From: an uncultured Phycisphaerales bacterium
GTDB taxonomy: Bacteria > Planctomycetota > Phycisphaerae > Sedimentisphaerales > Anaerobacaceae
NCBI GenBank assembly: GCA_963718665.1
Contig: OY970359.1
Span: forward strand, 2,240,001-2,304,000
Direction: 5' to 3'
Length of the DNA stretch: 64,000 bases
The notes under the pieces are model-generated. The model was not told the origin of the DNA, searched no databases, and saw only the letters and a list, made by a program, of their open reading frames with translations. How positions within the stretch are numbered: position 1 is the first letter of the stretch; every line of letters begins with the position of its first letter. Position numbers and translations under genes: made by a program. Shown piece by piece: positions 46,699-56,454 of the stretch.

Positions 46699-48015
46699 TT
46701 AATTCTCAAATTTTTTGAGTATGACAGCGGCGGTTTGTCCGCCGTAGGTGTAGCCGCAGCACAGGGCGTAGTGAATATTCGCCTTTTGTGCCGTTGTTAC
46801 GATATTGAGATTGCAGCCGACAGCTTTTTTAACGCAGTTTTTCGCTGCTGGTATAATGCCGTCTCTCATCGCTAAAACTGTCGCGACAACATCAAGTCCG
46901 CCGCAGGCAGCGCCGGTATTGCTGAGCATACTCTTCGTAGGCCACACGGGTATTCGTTTCATCTCTTCGCCGATTGCCGACTCAATTCCTTTCGCCTCGG
47001 CGAGGTCATCCTGTAGAATACCAGTGCCGTGCGGTATTATCAAATCGATATCTTTTGGCGATATGTTCGCTTGCGAGAGCGCCTTTTCAATCGCTATCGT
47101 TAATCCATATCCATCCGGCTCGATATGCTCATACACCGAGTTAATGCAGGCGCTTTGACCTGTGCCGATCACTTCTGCGTAAATTTTTGTGCCGTGTCTG
47201 GTCGCGTTATCGAGATTTTCAAGCACGACGATTCCGCAGCCGTCGCCGAATATCGAGCCGGTTGCTCCTGAATCAAAAGGTCTGCATGCTCCTTCGGCAT
47301 CGTCGTTGTGCTGATTGGTAGTCCGTTTAATTAAGCACTGGCGCATTATCAATACGGGGTTCACTTTCGATTCCGCACCGCCTGCCAGTGCGATGTCACT
47401 ACTGCCCCGTGCGATGACCTCTGTCGCCTCGGCTATCGCGATATGTCCCGAAACTTCTGCGCAGGTGATTGTGTTGCTCGGCCCCTGTATGTCGTGAATG
47501 ATACCGACGTGGCAGGCCAGCATATTCGGCAAATACTTCAACAGCCACAGGGGCGTTACCAAGTCGAGACCATCTTTGCCCCATTTTTGAATGTCGAATT
47601 TGCCGTCGGACAAGCTTTTGGCGACAGCCGGTGCGAGCTCGCAGGGGTCGCAGCTAATCAATCCTGCGCCGATATTGATTGCCATACGCTGCGGATTGAC
47701 GTTAATTTTCTGCTCGTCGATGGCTTTTGTAATTAAGCCGCTATCCCTGACCGCCTCATCCGCGGCGATTACCGCAAGCTCAATATCCTTCGACATCAGC
47801 TTGGTCGCCTTGCGGAATGATTTGGGGACATACTGCTGGATTTTGTATTCCTCGACCTCGCCCGCCAACTGGCAGGTAAATTTCGCGGGGTCGAATTTCG
47901 TTATGCGTTTTATACCTGATTTGCCCGCGCAAAGTCCCTCCCATGTCCGGGCCGATGTCAACCCCAGCGGGCTTACCGCTCCAATTCCTGTTATCACCAC
48001 ACGGGTCCGTCCCAC
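46699..48015 (-). CDS. Ketosynthase-like protein lacking catalytic residues (chain-length-factor-like)
   Basis: KS fold (RVVITGIG, RPFD, PHGTG), but GPSNTITCAEVSG places Glu at the catalytic Cys position and TKSMLSN has Asn for the second His. Confidence 0.8.
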   Translation of the reverse strand: MGRTRVVITGIGAVSPLGLTSARTWEGLCAGKSGIKRITKFDPAKFTCQLAGEVEEYKIQQYVPKSFRKATKLMSKDIELAVIAADEAVRDSGLITKAIDEQKINVNPQRMAINIGAGLISCDPCELAPAVAKSLSDGKFDIQKWGKDGLDLVTPLWLLKYLPNMLACHVGIIHDIQGPSNTITCAEVSGHIAIAEATEVIARGSSDIALAGGAESKVNPVLIMRQCLIKRTTNQHNDDAEGACRPFDSGATGSIFGDGCGIVVLENLDNATRHGTKIYAEVIGTGQSACINSVYEHIEPDGYGLTIAIEKALSQANISPKDIDLIIPHGTGILQDDLAEAKGIESAIGEEMKRIPVWPTKSMLSNTGAACGGLDVVATVLAMRDGIIPAAKNCVKKAVGCNLNIVTTAQKANIHYALCCGYTYGGQTAAVILKKFEN

Positions 48016-48027
48016 AGGGTTTGTCTC

Positions 48028-48507
48028 CTATTTGTCGGCTTTCTGGAAAACCGCTCCCTGCAGAAGCGATTTGAACATATCGGTGAACACAAAGTTCTCC
48101 TTCGGGAATTCTTTGCCCGCAAGGTTCTGGTCGATATGACTGAACATCAGGTCGATGTCGGCTATCGGTTTGTCGCCGCATGTGATTGTTCCGGTTGTGC
48201 TGGCGGCTTCAGGGGCTATCAACTCAATCTTCGCAGATAACCTCAAAGTATCACCCGGCCTGACGTAATCGTGGAAAACCGCCTTTTTTATCTTCGCCAG
48301 TATGACCTTTTCCTGGAAATTTTTCGCTTCGCCCACCAGTATGCCGGCTGTCTGCGCCATTGCTTCAATCATCAGGCATTCGGGCATAACGGGAAAGCCG
48401 GGGAAATGGTCGTGCAGATGCTCCTCGGCAAGCGTTACATTCTTTATCGAGACCGCACTCTCGCCGCTTTTGAACTCAACGAACTTATCTATCCAGATCC
48501 AACGCAT
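48028..48507 (-). CDS. FabZ/FabA-like hotdog dehydratase, variant
   Basis: IDK, KNVTLAE, DHFPGFPVMPECLMIEAMAQ, VRPGDTL. Confidence 0.85.
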   Translation of the reverse strand: MRWIWIDKFVEFKSGESAVSIKNVTLAEEHLHDHFPGFPVMPECLMIEAMAQTAGILVGEAKNFQEKVILAKIKKAVFHDYVRPGDTLRLSAKIELIAPEAASTTGTITCGDKPIADIDLMFSHIDQNLAGKEFPKENFVFTDMFKSLLQGAVFQKADK

Positions 48508-48515
48508 AGCCCGGC

Positions 48516-48544
48516 ATAATAAGACAATTTCCCCGATTTCTCAA
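48516..48544 (-). promoter_or_regulatory. Putative sigma70 promoter TTGAGA-N17-TATTAT, near-leaderless
   Basis: The -10 hexamer lies 8 nt from the ATG at 48507; no SD. Confidence 0.5.
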
Positions 48545-48662
48545 GCAAATCTTTGTTAGCCGCTCCCTACGGTCAAGTTATGCACAAAAACAAGATTTGG
48601 AAGAAGCTGGGAGTATAGTAATCCGGGTTTTTGTGCAGAAACGGCCTCAAGGAAGATAAATC

Positions 48663-48691
48663 TTGACAGTTAAGGCCGATTTTCGTAAAAT
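48663..48691 (+). promoter_or_regulatory. Putative sigma70 promoter TTGACA-N17-TAAAAT for the GH9 gene
   Basis: Near-perfect consensus 145 nt upstream of the ATG. Confidence 0.65.
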
Positions 48692-48836
48692 CATTGGTAT
48701 CACACCGGGTATCGCATGGGAAAAGTATGTTTTTTAGCCGTATAGGTGGGGTTTTTCAGTTCAGATATACCTTCCGCGGGAGCCAAAGCCGTTTACAACG
48801 AAAAGCAGTTAAAAAAACGCATAAAAGGGGCGGGTT

Positions 48837-51353
48837 ATGAAAAGAACAGCGTTAATCATTTCAGCTTTGTCATTAATAATTATTTCCACTGACGCATTCG
48901 CAGCCAAACTTGTCTGGCTCAAAGTTGTTGACAATAACTACATTATGGCCCAATTCAAAGACGGGGATGCATGTTTTTTAGACAATGCGCAGGGGCAATA
49001 TGCCTATATGGGTGATCATTTCTCGGGTTGGGATTGGGTGGTGAGTTACGGAAGCGCACTGAACTTAACAAATGCCACCGCGACCGCTAACTGGGTCATA
49101 ACATCAGCCAGTGATGCGAATTACGGCTCAACCGGCCTGAATCCGACAAACTGCTATCGTAAATCAAAACTCAATGGTGCGTCTGAAGGTAACTGGGGCA
49201 GCTACGACTGGATTTATACATATACCATGGAACACAATATTTATTTGAAATTGCCATATTCTCTTGTGCAGGGGGATAGCTATACCGTTACAATAAATGC
49301 AAATACAAATTCCGACACGCTGAGCCCGAACATTACTTTCGATATGTTCAACAGCCCATCGGAGGCGGTGCATGTAAATCTGGTTGGATATCTTAACGAT
49401 GCCAGCACAAAAGCCGTCGATTTGTATATCTGGATGGGAGACGGCGGCGCGCGTGACTACTCGTCGTTTGTCGGTAAAAAGGTTTATATATACAACGTAA
49501 ATACCGGCGCCAGCCAGCAGGTGGGAACTGTTGCGCTTTGGAAAAACAGCGGCTCGGACGTAGGAGGTTATAACCTTACGATGTCAAATGTCTGGAAAGC
49601 TGATTTTACCGGCTTTAATACTCCGGGGACATACCGCATCGCAATAGAAGGAGTGGGGTGCAGCGAAAATTTCGAGATTAAAAAATACGCTTATTTTGAG
49701 CCGTTCAGGGTCAGTACAATCGGCTATTTTTATATGCGTATCGGCCAGGAAACTAATTATCCCGGGATGCCCGTTCCCCGCCAGCCCCTTTTTATTCCCG
49801 GTGTATCGCCGGCAAGTACGATAGTTTATATAACTAATATGTCACCTCTTAACTCGAGCTGGAGTGATGGTTTTTGGGACAATCCATCCGCAATAGCCCC
49901 TTATGTGACAGGCGCCCAGAACAACAACGCCTATGGGGGACACTCCGATGCAACGGACTGGGACAGGAATCAGGGGCATATTTCAAACATTTATGACATG
50001 CTGCTGCCCTATTTTCTTACCGACGGCAATTTGAATGATGATAACCTGCAAATAGCTGAAAGCGGCAACGGCATTCCTGATATCCTGGATGAAGCAAGAA
50101 ACGAGGTTGATTTCTGGCTTAACTTGCGCGATGGAAACGGATACAGTTACGGACTTACTAATCCTACCAGCGAAACCACTCCGATTCTTTACCAGGCGGG
50201 AACCACGCCGATATCAGCATGGGCAAGTGCCGCAAACGCGGCAATGCTGGCTAATTGCTTTATGCTCGCGGGATTGAATGATTTGAGGGATACGTACACA
50301 AATGCCGCAGTAACAGCTTACAATTACGCCTCAAACCTGCCCGACCAGATGCTTAGTACAACGCTGGGTATCGGTGATGTAACAATCAGGGGCAAAGACC
50401 TGAAAATGACGGCTGCAGCGTTTCTCTACAATGTGACCGGAAATACCGCTTATGAAGACATGGTCAATTCACTGAGCGAAGTTACATCAAGCACCTCGAC
50501 GATATGTAATGATTCGAGTTATGATCAACTTTGGGCAACTGCCGCCTATCTCAAAACCAAACAAACTGTTCATTATCCGACTTTATTCAGCAATATGAAG
50601 GCATCCATTATTAATGAAGCTAAAAATCAGGAAGCAAATTATTCTAACTCCCGGCCAACGCGCAGGGCTACGGACAATAACACAGGATACTTTAAGACCG
50701 AACAGAACGTGCAAAGGTGTATAGTTGCCCATGCGGTTGCCGACAGTAATTCGGATAAAACATTATTCGAAAATGCGATGGTACTGGAAGCTGACTGGGA
50801 GCTTGGGCGCAATTCCATGAATAGGATTATAATGACTACCGCCTGTACTAACCTGGCAAGCAAGCGAAGTATTGAAAATATGTACACTACCGGCAGAAAT
50901 GACGGCTACCCCGGTCTGCACCCCGGACATACACCCTATTTGAATACCGACGACTGGGATTCTTCGAGTACAGGTATGACTGGGAATAAGCCGAGCAGGT
51001 TGACTGCTCTATGTTACCCCGCTTACGGGACGACGTCCACTACCGGCTGGCCGAAAGCGGAAGGTTATTTCAATGATAGATATGTATGGGCCCATTCGGA
51101 ATTTACGCCGCAACAGACGATGCGGGGCAAAGCGGCCCTCTACGGCTATTTGTATGGTTTATATAAACTACGCGCTGATTTTGACGGCGATTCAAACGTG
51201 GACATGGCGGATTTGGCTGTCTTTGCCAGTTCCTGGTTAAAAGTCCCCGGCAATGCGGGCTACGATTCGCGTGCAAATCTTTACGTGGATTCGTCCGGCA
51301 TAGTGGACTTGCGTGATTTTGCTGTCTTCGCGAATGAATGGGGCGGAAACTAG
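48837..51353 (+). CDS. Secreted GH9 glycoside hydrolase with N-terminal Ig-like domain and C-terminal dockerin-like repeats
   Basis: Signal peptide; VHVNLVGY, ADFTGFNTPGTYRI, GGHSDATDWD, ESGNGIPDILDEA, HSEFT; C-terminal ADFDGDSNVDMADLAVFA..W duplicated motif. Confidence 0.85.
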   Translation: MKRTALIISALSLIIISTDAFAAKLVWLKVVDNNYIMAQFKDGDACFLDNAQGQYAYMGDHFSGWDWVVSYGSALNLTNATATANWVITSASDANYGSTGLNPTNCYRKSKLNGASEGNWGSYDWIYTYTMEHNIYLKLPYSLVQGDSYTVTINANTNSDTLSPNITFDMFNSPSEAVHVNLVGYLNDASTKAVDLYIWMGDGGARDYSSFVGKKVYIYNVNTGASQQVGTVALWKNSGSDVGGYNLTMSNVWKADFTGFNTPGTYRIAIEGVGCSENFEIKKYAYFEPFRVSTIGYFYMRIGQETNYPGMPVPRQPLFIPGVSPASTIVYITNMSPLNSSWSDGFWDNPSAIAPYVTGAQNNNAYGGHSDATDWDRNQGHISNIYDMLLPYFLTDGNLNDDNLQIAESGNGIPDILDEARNEVDFWLNLRDGNGYSYGLTNPTSETTPILYQAGTTPISAWASAANAAMLANCFMLAGLNDLRDTYTNAAVTAYNYASNLPDQMLSTTLGIGDVTIRGKDLKMTAAAFLYNVTGNTAYEDMVNSLSEVTSSTSTICNDSSYDQLWATAAYLKTKQTVHYPTLFSNMKASIINEAKNQEANYSNSRPTRRATDNNTGYFKTEQNVQRCIVAHAVADSNSDKTLFENAMVLEADWELGRNSMNRIIMTTACTNLASKRSIENMYTTGRNDGYPGLHPGHTPYLNTDDWDSSSTGMTGNKPSRLTALCYPAYGTTSTTGWPKAEGYFNDRYVWAHSEFTPQQTMRGKAALYGYLYGLYKLRADFDGDSNVDMADLAVFASSWLKVPGNAGYDSRANLYVDSSGIVDLRDFAVFANEWGGN

Positions 51354-51515
51354 GGACAGATATCTATTGTTAATATTGTGCTTTTGCGCAGCCCTACAGC
51401 GTCTTGTTTTGCGTAGCGAAGCAATGACGTTTTGCGATTTGCTTATAATTAAGACAATCGGCAGGATTGCTCAGGCAAAACCTGCCGATAAGGTTCAAAA
51501 ACAAGTGTTTACGTA

Positions 51516-51911
51516 TTAAGCTGCCTTCAGCTTGCTCTGGACGTAGTTGACAATCATACCCACTGTGAACAAATCGGGTAATTTGCTCAGTTCCGGGTTT
51601 TTCGCGAATTCGCTGACGTCGGTATGCGGCATTTTGGCCTTTAGTTCAGCGACGCCCTTGGCGGTCAGTTTGCCGTTACTTACAAACTCGGGGTTATTCA
51701 TCAGCGTTTCTGCAGGGAACAATTCTTCTCTTGCGATTTTAATTCCGAATGCCTTTTCCAGGCGGAACACTATATCGAGAAAATCGATACTCTCCGCTCC
51801 CAGGTCGCCCATCAGCGTTGCTTCGGGCTTTACCTCGTCGTCATCGACTCCGAGGGCGTCAACCATCACTGTCTTAACCTGTTCCAAAACCTGCTCTCTG
51901 TCCATAGCCAT
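51516..51911 (-). CDS. Enlarged acyl carrier protein (131 aa)
   Basis: DLGAESIDFLDIVFRLEKAFGIKI phosphopantetheine-site motif; about 40-50 aa insertion before the final TV..IV.YV helix. Confidence 0.88.
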   Translation of the reverse strand: MAMDREQVLEQVKTVMVDALGVDDDEVKPEATLMGDLGAESIDFLDIVFRLEKAFGIKIAREELFPAETLMNNPEFVSNGKLTAKGVAELKAKMPHTDVSEFAKNPELSKLPDLFTVGMIVNYVQSKLKAA

Positions 51912-51936
51912 ATCAACTTATCTCCTAACTGTTGCT

Positions 51937-52404
51937 TTATTTCTTCAGCAATTGCCAGCGTTTTTTCATCTCGCTGATAATGTTGGCATCTACCGCCGCT
52001 AAACCCGAATCGTTTTCGGCGAGATTAAAATGTCTAAGGCCGAATCGGGCCTCGACAATCTGTTCGCCGTTTGATACGCCTGTGCCCGTGAAACTGCTTA
52101 CGTTCTCCTCGATAGTTTTTGCCTCAACCGAGTATTCTATCTGCATTCCAGGCGCCAGAAAGGACTTATATTTAACATTTCTGGCCTCTTCGAGCAAGAC
52201 CATACTATGCGCAAAGTTTTCCGTCGTCCGAACCAGCCACGACGCTGACTCGATGAGTCCTTCGAGTAGCAATACCCCCGGCAGCACTGGGAAGGTCGGG
52301 AAGTGGTCCGCCAGATATTCTTCCGCCAGCGAGACGCTTTTGACCGCCTTTATCCGTTTGCCCGGCTCTATCTCAACAATTTTATCAATCAGTATAAACC
52401 GCAT
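51937..52404 (-). CDS. fabZ: FabZ-like 3-hydroxyacyl-ACP dehydratase
   Basis: FILIDKI, DHFPTFPVLPGVLLLEG. Confidence 0.85.
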   Translation of the reverse strand: MRFILIDKIVEIEPGKRIKAVKSVSLAEEYLADHFPTFPVLPGVLLLEGLIESASWLVRTTENFAHSMVLLEEARNVKYKSFLAPGMQIEYSVEAKTIEENVSSFTGTGVSNGEQIVEARFGLRHFNLAENDSGLAAVDANIISEMKKRWQLLKK

Positions 52405-52469
52405 AGTTGGGGTAATTGTAGCTACCAGGCGGGCATTTTCCAGAGTTTTTTTACCACTCCTGCTGTCTC

Positions 52470-53573
52470 TCAGCTTACCGCAGAGATGTCACAACGAACG
52501 CTTTCGCTATTTGCCGGGCAGTTGACCTTACGCAGGGTATCTTCGAGAATCTCAAAAAACTTGGCGTTGTCGGGCCAGATAATCTGGCTGTTCTGACTGA
52601 CTGGCTCGTCGAGCGATGTTAGATATGTGCTCAAAACATCCTTATCAAGCCGTTTGCTCCACATCCCCAGGCCTAACCTCTGGATATAGTGCGAGTTGAC
52701 GGTTTGTTCATACTGACCGATTACGGGTAGCAGCAACATTCTTTTTTTGAAGTACAGGCACTCGCTGATCAGGGAGAACCCTGCGGTCGCTATTACCCCG
52801 CGACAACCGGCAAGGTCGGCGAGAAAACCTTCGGTAGATGTCTTTTTGAACAGGCAGTTTTTGTCTTCACTGTCTTCATCGAAGCCGTAAATCACAAACT
52901 TTTGGCCGGGGAACTGCTTGAATGCTTCAAGCAGTTGTGCCTTTGCTGTTTTGTCAGTTGAGTAGATGATTATGTCCTCGCCCTTTTCGGGATTCATTGA
53001 GCAGACGACAGGCCTGACGACCGGCGGCGCCAGTATTGTCGCCTTATTCTTCGTGGGCACAGAGAAGAAATTAATGATAATGTAAGCCGCGGCGCCGAAG
53101 TAGTAGAGTCGCGTTACAGCCGTCGAATTCAACCTTGCGAACCAGTCGCCGGTGTGTTCAATCCTGCAATGCGTCAAGAAGTGCTCGTGGTCGATGCTGA
53201 TAAACGGGACATTATTTCGCCATGCCCACCACGCCGAGAACGGTTCAAAATCAGTGATGACGAAATCCGGCCTGAAGCGTTTGAATTCATTTTCATAAAG
53301 CTGCGTATTTTTCGTGTGGCCTCCGCCAAGGAACGCGCCGGCGTTTGTGAAAAACGTTTTGACGTGCCGGAGCCGGCAATGGTCGTAAACCAGCGACATA
53401 CCCATTATTTCTTTGACCTGCTCGCCGAAGTACTGCCTGAGGTATGAGTAGCTTTTGCGTGAAGCGGCAAATATGACATCATGGCCTAAGTCAATTAGGT
53501 GCTGCCCAATCATGTGTGAGCGACTGCTGTGGCCGTAGCCCTCGCCTGCCACGCCGTAGATTATCCGTGCCAT
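52470..53573 (-). CDS. GT-B glycosyltransferase (MJ1255/VC2487-like)
   Basis: IYGVAGEGYGHSSRS, ITDFEP, TAGFSLISE, GQYEQ..N. Confidence 0.85.
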   Translation of the reverse strand: MARIIYGVAGEGYGHSSRSHMIGQHLIDLGHDVIFAASRKSYSYLRQYFGEQVKEIMGMSLVYDHCRLRHVKTFFTNAGAFLGGGHTKNTQLYENEFKRFRPDFVITDFEPFSAWWAWRNNVPFISIDHEHFLTHCRIEHTGDWFARLNSTAVTRLYYFGAAAYIIINFFSVPTKNKATILAPPVVRPVVCSMNPEKGEDIIIYSTDKTAKAQLLEAFKQFPGQKFVIYGFDEDSEDKNCLFKKTSTEGFLADLAGCRGVIATAGFSLISECLYFKKRMLLLPVIGQYEQTVNSHYIQRLGLGMWSKRLDKDVLSTYLTSLDEPVSQNSQIIWPDNAKFFEILEDTLRKVNCPANSESVRCDISAVS

Positions 53574-53646
53574 CGGCTGCTCCTGTTAATAATGTTTCCG
53601 GTAACACCTCGATATGAAATAAACAGCGTATGTTTAGTAGAAGGAT

Positions 53647-54540
53647 TCACTCTGGTTGTTGAGAATCACCAATCAATGTTTGGGTGATTCTGGCTCCTTC
53701 CTGCGACCAGTCAAACATTTCGACGTTTCCATCCGGCCGAATGACTATAAAGTCATTGGTCTGCCCCGTCCAGGAGCCGCTGTTAAAATACCAGTCGTCA
53801 AATCGCCCAACCTGATGAGTATGGCCCACAATCGCAACGTCATACAGGCCGGCAGCCCTGTCGTGATAATACCGCATCAGCATTTTCCGCGTCCGTGTTG
53901 TTCTTACCAGGGCTGTTATTCGTTCGTTCGGCATTGCGCCGCGGCATTCCTGAACGACGTCGTTCATCTTTCCACTGAGCCATGACCACACCATCAGCGC
54001 CTGTTCCCCCATTCCCAGAAACAGTTCGGTTAAGCCGTCATTCGAGAGTATGCAAGTGTCGGTCTGGAAACTGAGCACATGCGAGACCTTGCCGAATATG
54101 CGACCCCAGTTGCTTTCGTCCCCTGGAATCAGCGGGTCAACTTCATGGCCGTGCATAAACTTGAACTTGCGAGGGCCTATCACACGATAAAAAGCGTGCC
54201 TGGCACACCTGAAGAATTTATGCGGGACTTTATTTGAGCCGATGTAGGGAAGCACCTCTGAATCGTGATTACCTGGGACATAAGTGACGTCTAAACCCGA
54301 AAGCAGCTCAAGCAGGTTTTGCCTCTCTTCGAGTATTACATCAATGCGATGCCGCCACAGTTCGAAAAGGTCTCCTGTGATGATTAGTTCCCCGTTGTTA
54401 CGGTCAACGTATTCGAGGAAGGAATACAAGAGCTTTTCTCTGCCTCTGTGGCTGAGATTGTCTTTTCTCGACCCGTCTCCTATATGCAGGTCGCTGATAA
54501 CAAAAATGGGTTTTTCAGCGATAATCGTGGTCTCCGGCAA
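53647..54540 (-). CDS. Calcineurin-like metallophosphoesterase (LpxH-like)
   Basis: SDLHIG, GDLFE, GNHD, HGH, GHTH, NSGSW. Confidence 0.85.
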   Translation of the reverse strand: MPETTIIAEKPIFVISDLHIGDGSRKDNLSHRGREKLLYSFLEYVDRNNGELIITGDLFELWRHRIDVILEERQNLLELLSGLDVTYVPGNHDSEVLPYIGSNKVPHKFFRCARHAFYRVIGPRKFKFMHGHEVDPLIPGDESNWGRIFGKVSHVLSFQTDTCILSNDGLTELFLGMGEQALMVWSWLSGKMNDVVQECRGAMPNERITALVRTTRTRKMLMRYYHDRAAGLYDVAIVGHTHQVGRFDDWYFNSGSWTGQTNDFIVIRPDGNVEMFDWSQEGARITQTLIGDSQQPE

Positions 54541-54822
54541 TCATTTTGTTGTCCGTCGCATACTTTTCGCACAAGCATTCCCTGCTCTTATAATTATCGG
54601 AAACAAATGTTAGGGGAATGTTTATATGGTGTTAATTGCGGGTTAACTTGTTGGCTTTAGGCGGGATTGACCTGCGATTAACGATATTCGCCGCCCAGCC
54701 GCTACAGACCGCTTAAAATGAAACTGCGAATATGACCTCAAGATTTTCCCGACATTTTTTGCTTTGAGATTACGGTATTGAACTCTGGAAACGTTTTCGA
54801 AGTATGTTATACTTATTTAATT

Positions 54823-55302
54823 ATGAAAGTTCGCAGTGCAAATGTTACTGATGTAAAGGCCATACACGCCCTGATAAATTGTTTTGCGGAGCGTGACCAG
54901 ATGCTGTTTCGCTCGATGGCCGATATCTTCACAAATCTCCAGACCTTTCTTGTTGTTGAACTCGATGGTCAGGTCATCGGCTGCTGCGCACTTGAGGTAA
55001 TCTGGTCGGACCTTGCGGAGATAAAATCATTGGCTGTTCACGAGTCGTATCAGGGCAAAGGAGCGGGGGCGATGCTCGTAAACGCTGCGGTTGAGCAGGC
55101 GCGTCGGCTGGGAGCGCCTAAAGTATTCGGCCTGACTCTCAGGCCGGAGTTCTTTGGCAAACTTGGCTTCCAGGCGGTCAACAAGGATTCATTGCCAATG
55201 AAGGTCTGGAGCGATTGTGCCCGCTGCACGAAACAGCAAAACTGCGACGAAACAGCCGTGGTTAAGCTTATTGAGGGAAGCAGTTGTCCTATTCGACAGT
55301 AG
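54823..55302 (+). CDS. argA: Short ArgA-type GNAT N-acetyltransferase
   Basis: LAEIKSLAV, QGKGAG, VFGLT, LPMKVWSDC..C....CDE. Confidence 0.75.
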   Translation: MKVRSANVTDVKAIHALINCFAERDQMLFRSMADIFTNLQTFLVVELDGQVIGCCALEVIWSDLAEIKSLAVHESYQGKGAGAMLVNAAVEQARRLGAPKVFGLTLRPEFFGKLGFQAVNKDSLPMKVWSDCARCTKQQNCDETAVVKLIEGSSCPIRQ

Positions 55303-55306
55303 GACG

Positions 55307-56269
55307 TCAGCCGACTTGTCTTCGCTGGAATAACGCCACCGCCAGTGCTAATATACCTCCCGCATAGCAAATCGCGTATATAGCGGTAATCAGCACATAT
55401 TTGATGGGCAGTGTGCTTCCCTCAACAATAGCGTCGCTTATCCAGAAGACCTGAAGATTAGGAATGGCGAAATAGCATATTTTTGCCCAGAGGTGGGTTT
55501 TGGCGAGGGCACCGAAAGCCCAGTCAGAGACAAGGCCCAGAAGGAAGACGCCTACGCAGGCCGAGAGAGTTACCACGATATTGAACCGGCAGGACAGGGC
55601 TACCGCTAATGCCGCGATTATAACCGCCGCCAGAAAGAGCAGAACCGAGCCATAAGTATCAACCGCGTTAATATTGTTATTAGCAGGGTTGAACTTCCAG
55701 TCGCGGTCGAAGAAAATCAGGAAAATCAGCGCAATTGTGCCCAGGCCAGCCAGTAAAACCATAGCTGTTGAGGTGGCCTTCCAGTCATAAGTATAGTTAA
55801 AGAAAGCAGTTAGAAGGCAGGTAAGAACGAGAATGGTCCCTCCGGCTGCTAATACGGTATAGTCGTTGTTGGAATCAACGTTTTCCAGAACGCCGTTCCT
55901 TATCGCCATTATCAGTGCTAAGGTACAGATGTAATGGGCCATAGCGACAGCCCCGGTAACTCCCAGGAATTTGGCTAAAATAAATATGGGACGTTGCACG
56001 GGCTTGCTTAAAACGGTCATAATGGTTTTATTCTCGATTTCCTCCGCCACAGCCCCTGAAGCGGAGAAAATTGCTATGAACAAGCTTGCTATGAAAAGCG
56101 TAGATAAGCCCAATTCGCGCAAAAGCTTATTGTCGTCATCCAGTGTGTACATCGAGATTGCCGGACTGACGAAAAACAGCAGCAGGGCGGCGATGATAAT
56201 TATCGCATAGACCGGCTGGCGTATGGTTTCTATGAAGGTATTTTTTGCTATTGTAAATAACTTTGTCAT
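55307..56269 (-). CDS. ABC-2-type transporter permease
   Basis: IAKNTFIETIRQP, EIENKTIMTVLSKPVQR..FILAKFLG, PNLQ.FW, FQRRQVG. Confidence 0.85.
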   Translation of the reverse strand: MTKLFTIAKNTFIETIRQPVYAIIIIAALLLFFVSPAISMYTLDDDNKLLRELGLSTLFIASLFIAIFSASGAVAEEIENKTIMTVLSKPVQRPIFILAKFLGVTGAVAMAHYICTLALIMAIRNGVLENVDSNNDYTVLAAGGTILVLTCLLTAFFNYTYDWKATSTAMVLLAGLGTIALIFLIFFDRDWKFNPANNNINAVDTYGSVLLFLAAVIIAALAVALSCRFNIVVTLSACVGVFLLGLVSDWAFGALAKTHLWAKICYFAIPNLQVFWISDAIVEGSTLPIKYVLITAIYAICYAGGILALAVALFQRRQVG

Positions 56270-56454
56270 TCTCAACGACCTTTCTGGAAATCACGGTTTT
56301 TCAACGTCTTTTGAGTTTTAGGCAAGGTTTTTTGCCTAATTTTGGCGATATATTCTTATATGTTATAAAAACCGGCTTGTAAATAGCCGGGAAATACTAT
56401 ATCTATATGCCCTTTGCTTTTAGGGGTTCGTTAGAAACTTTAGGAATTTGATAA

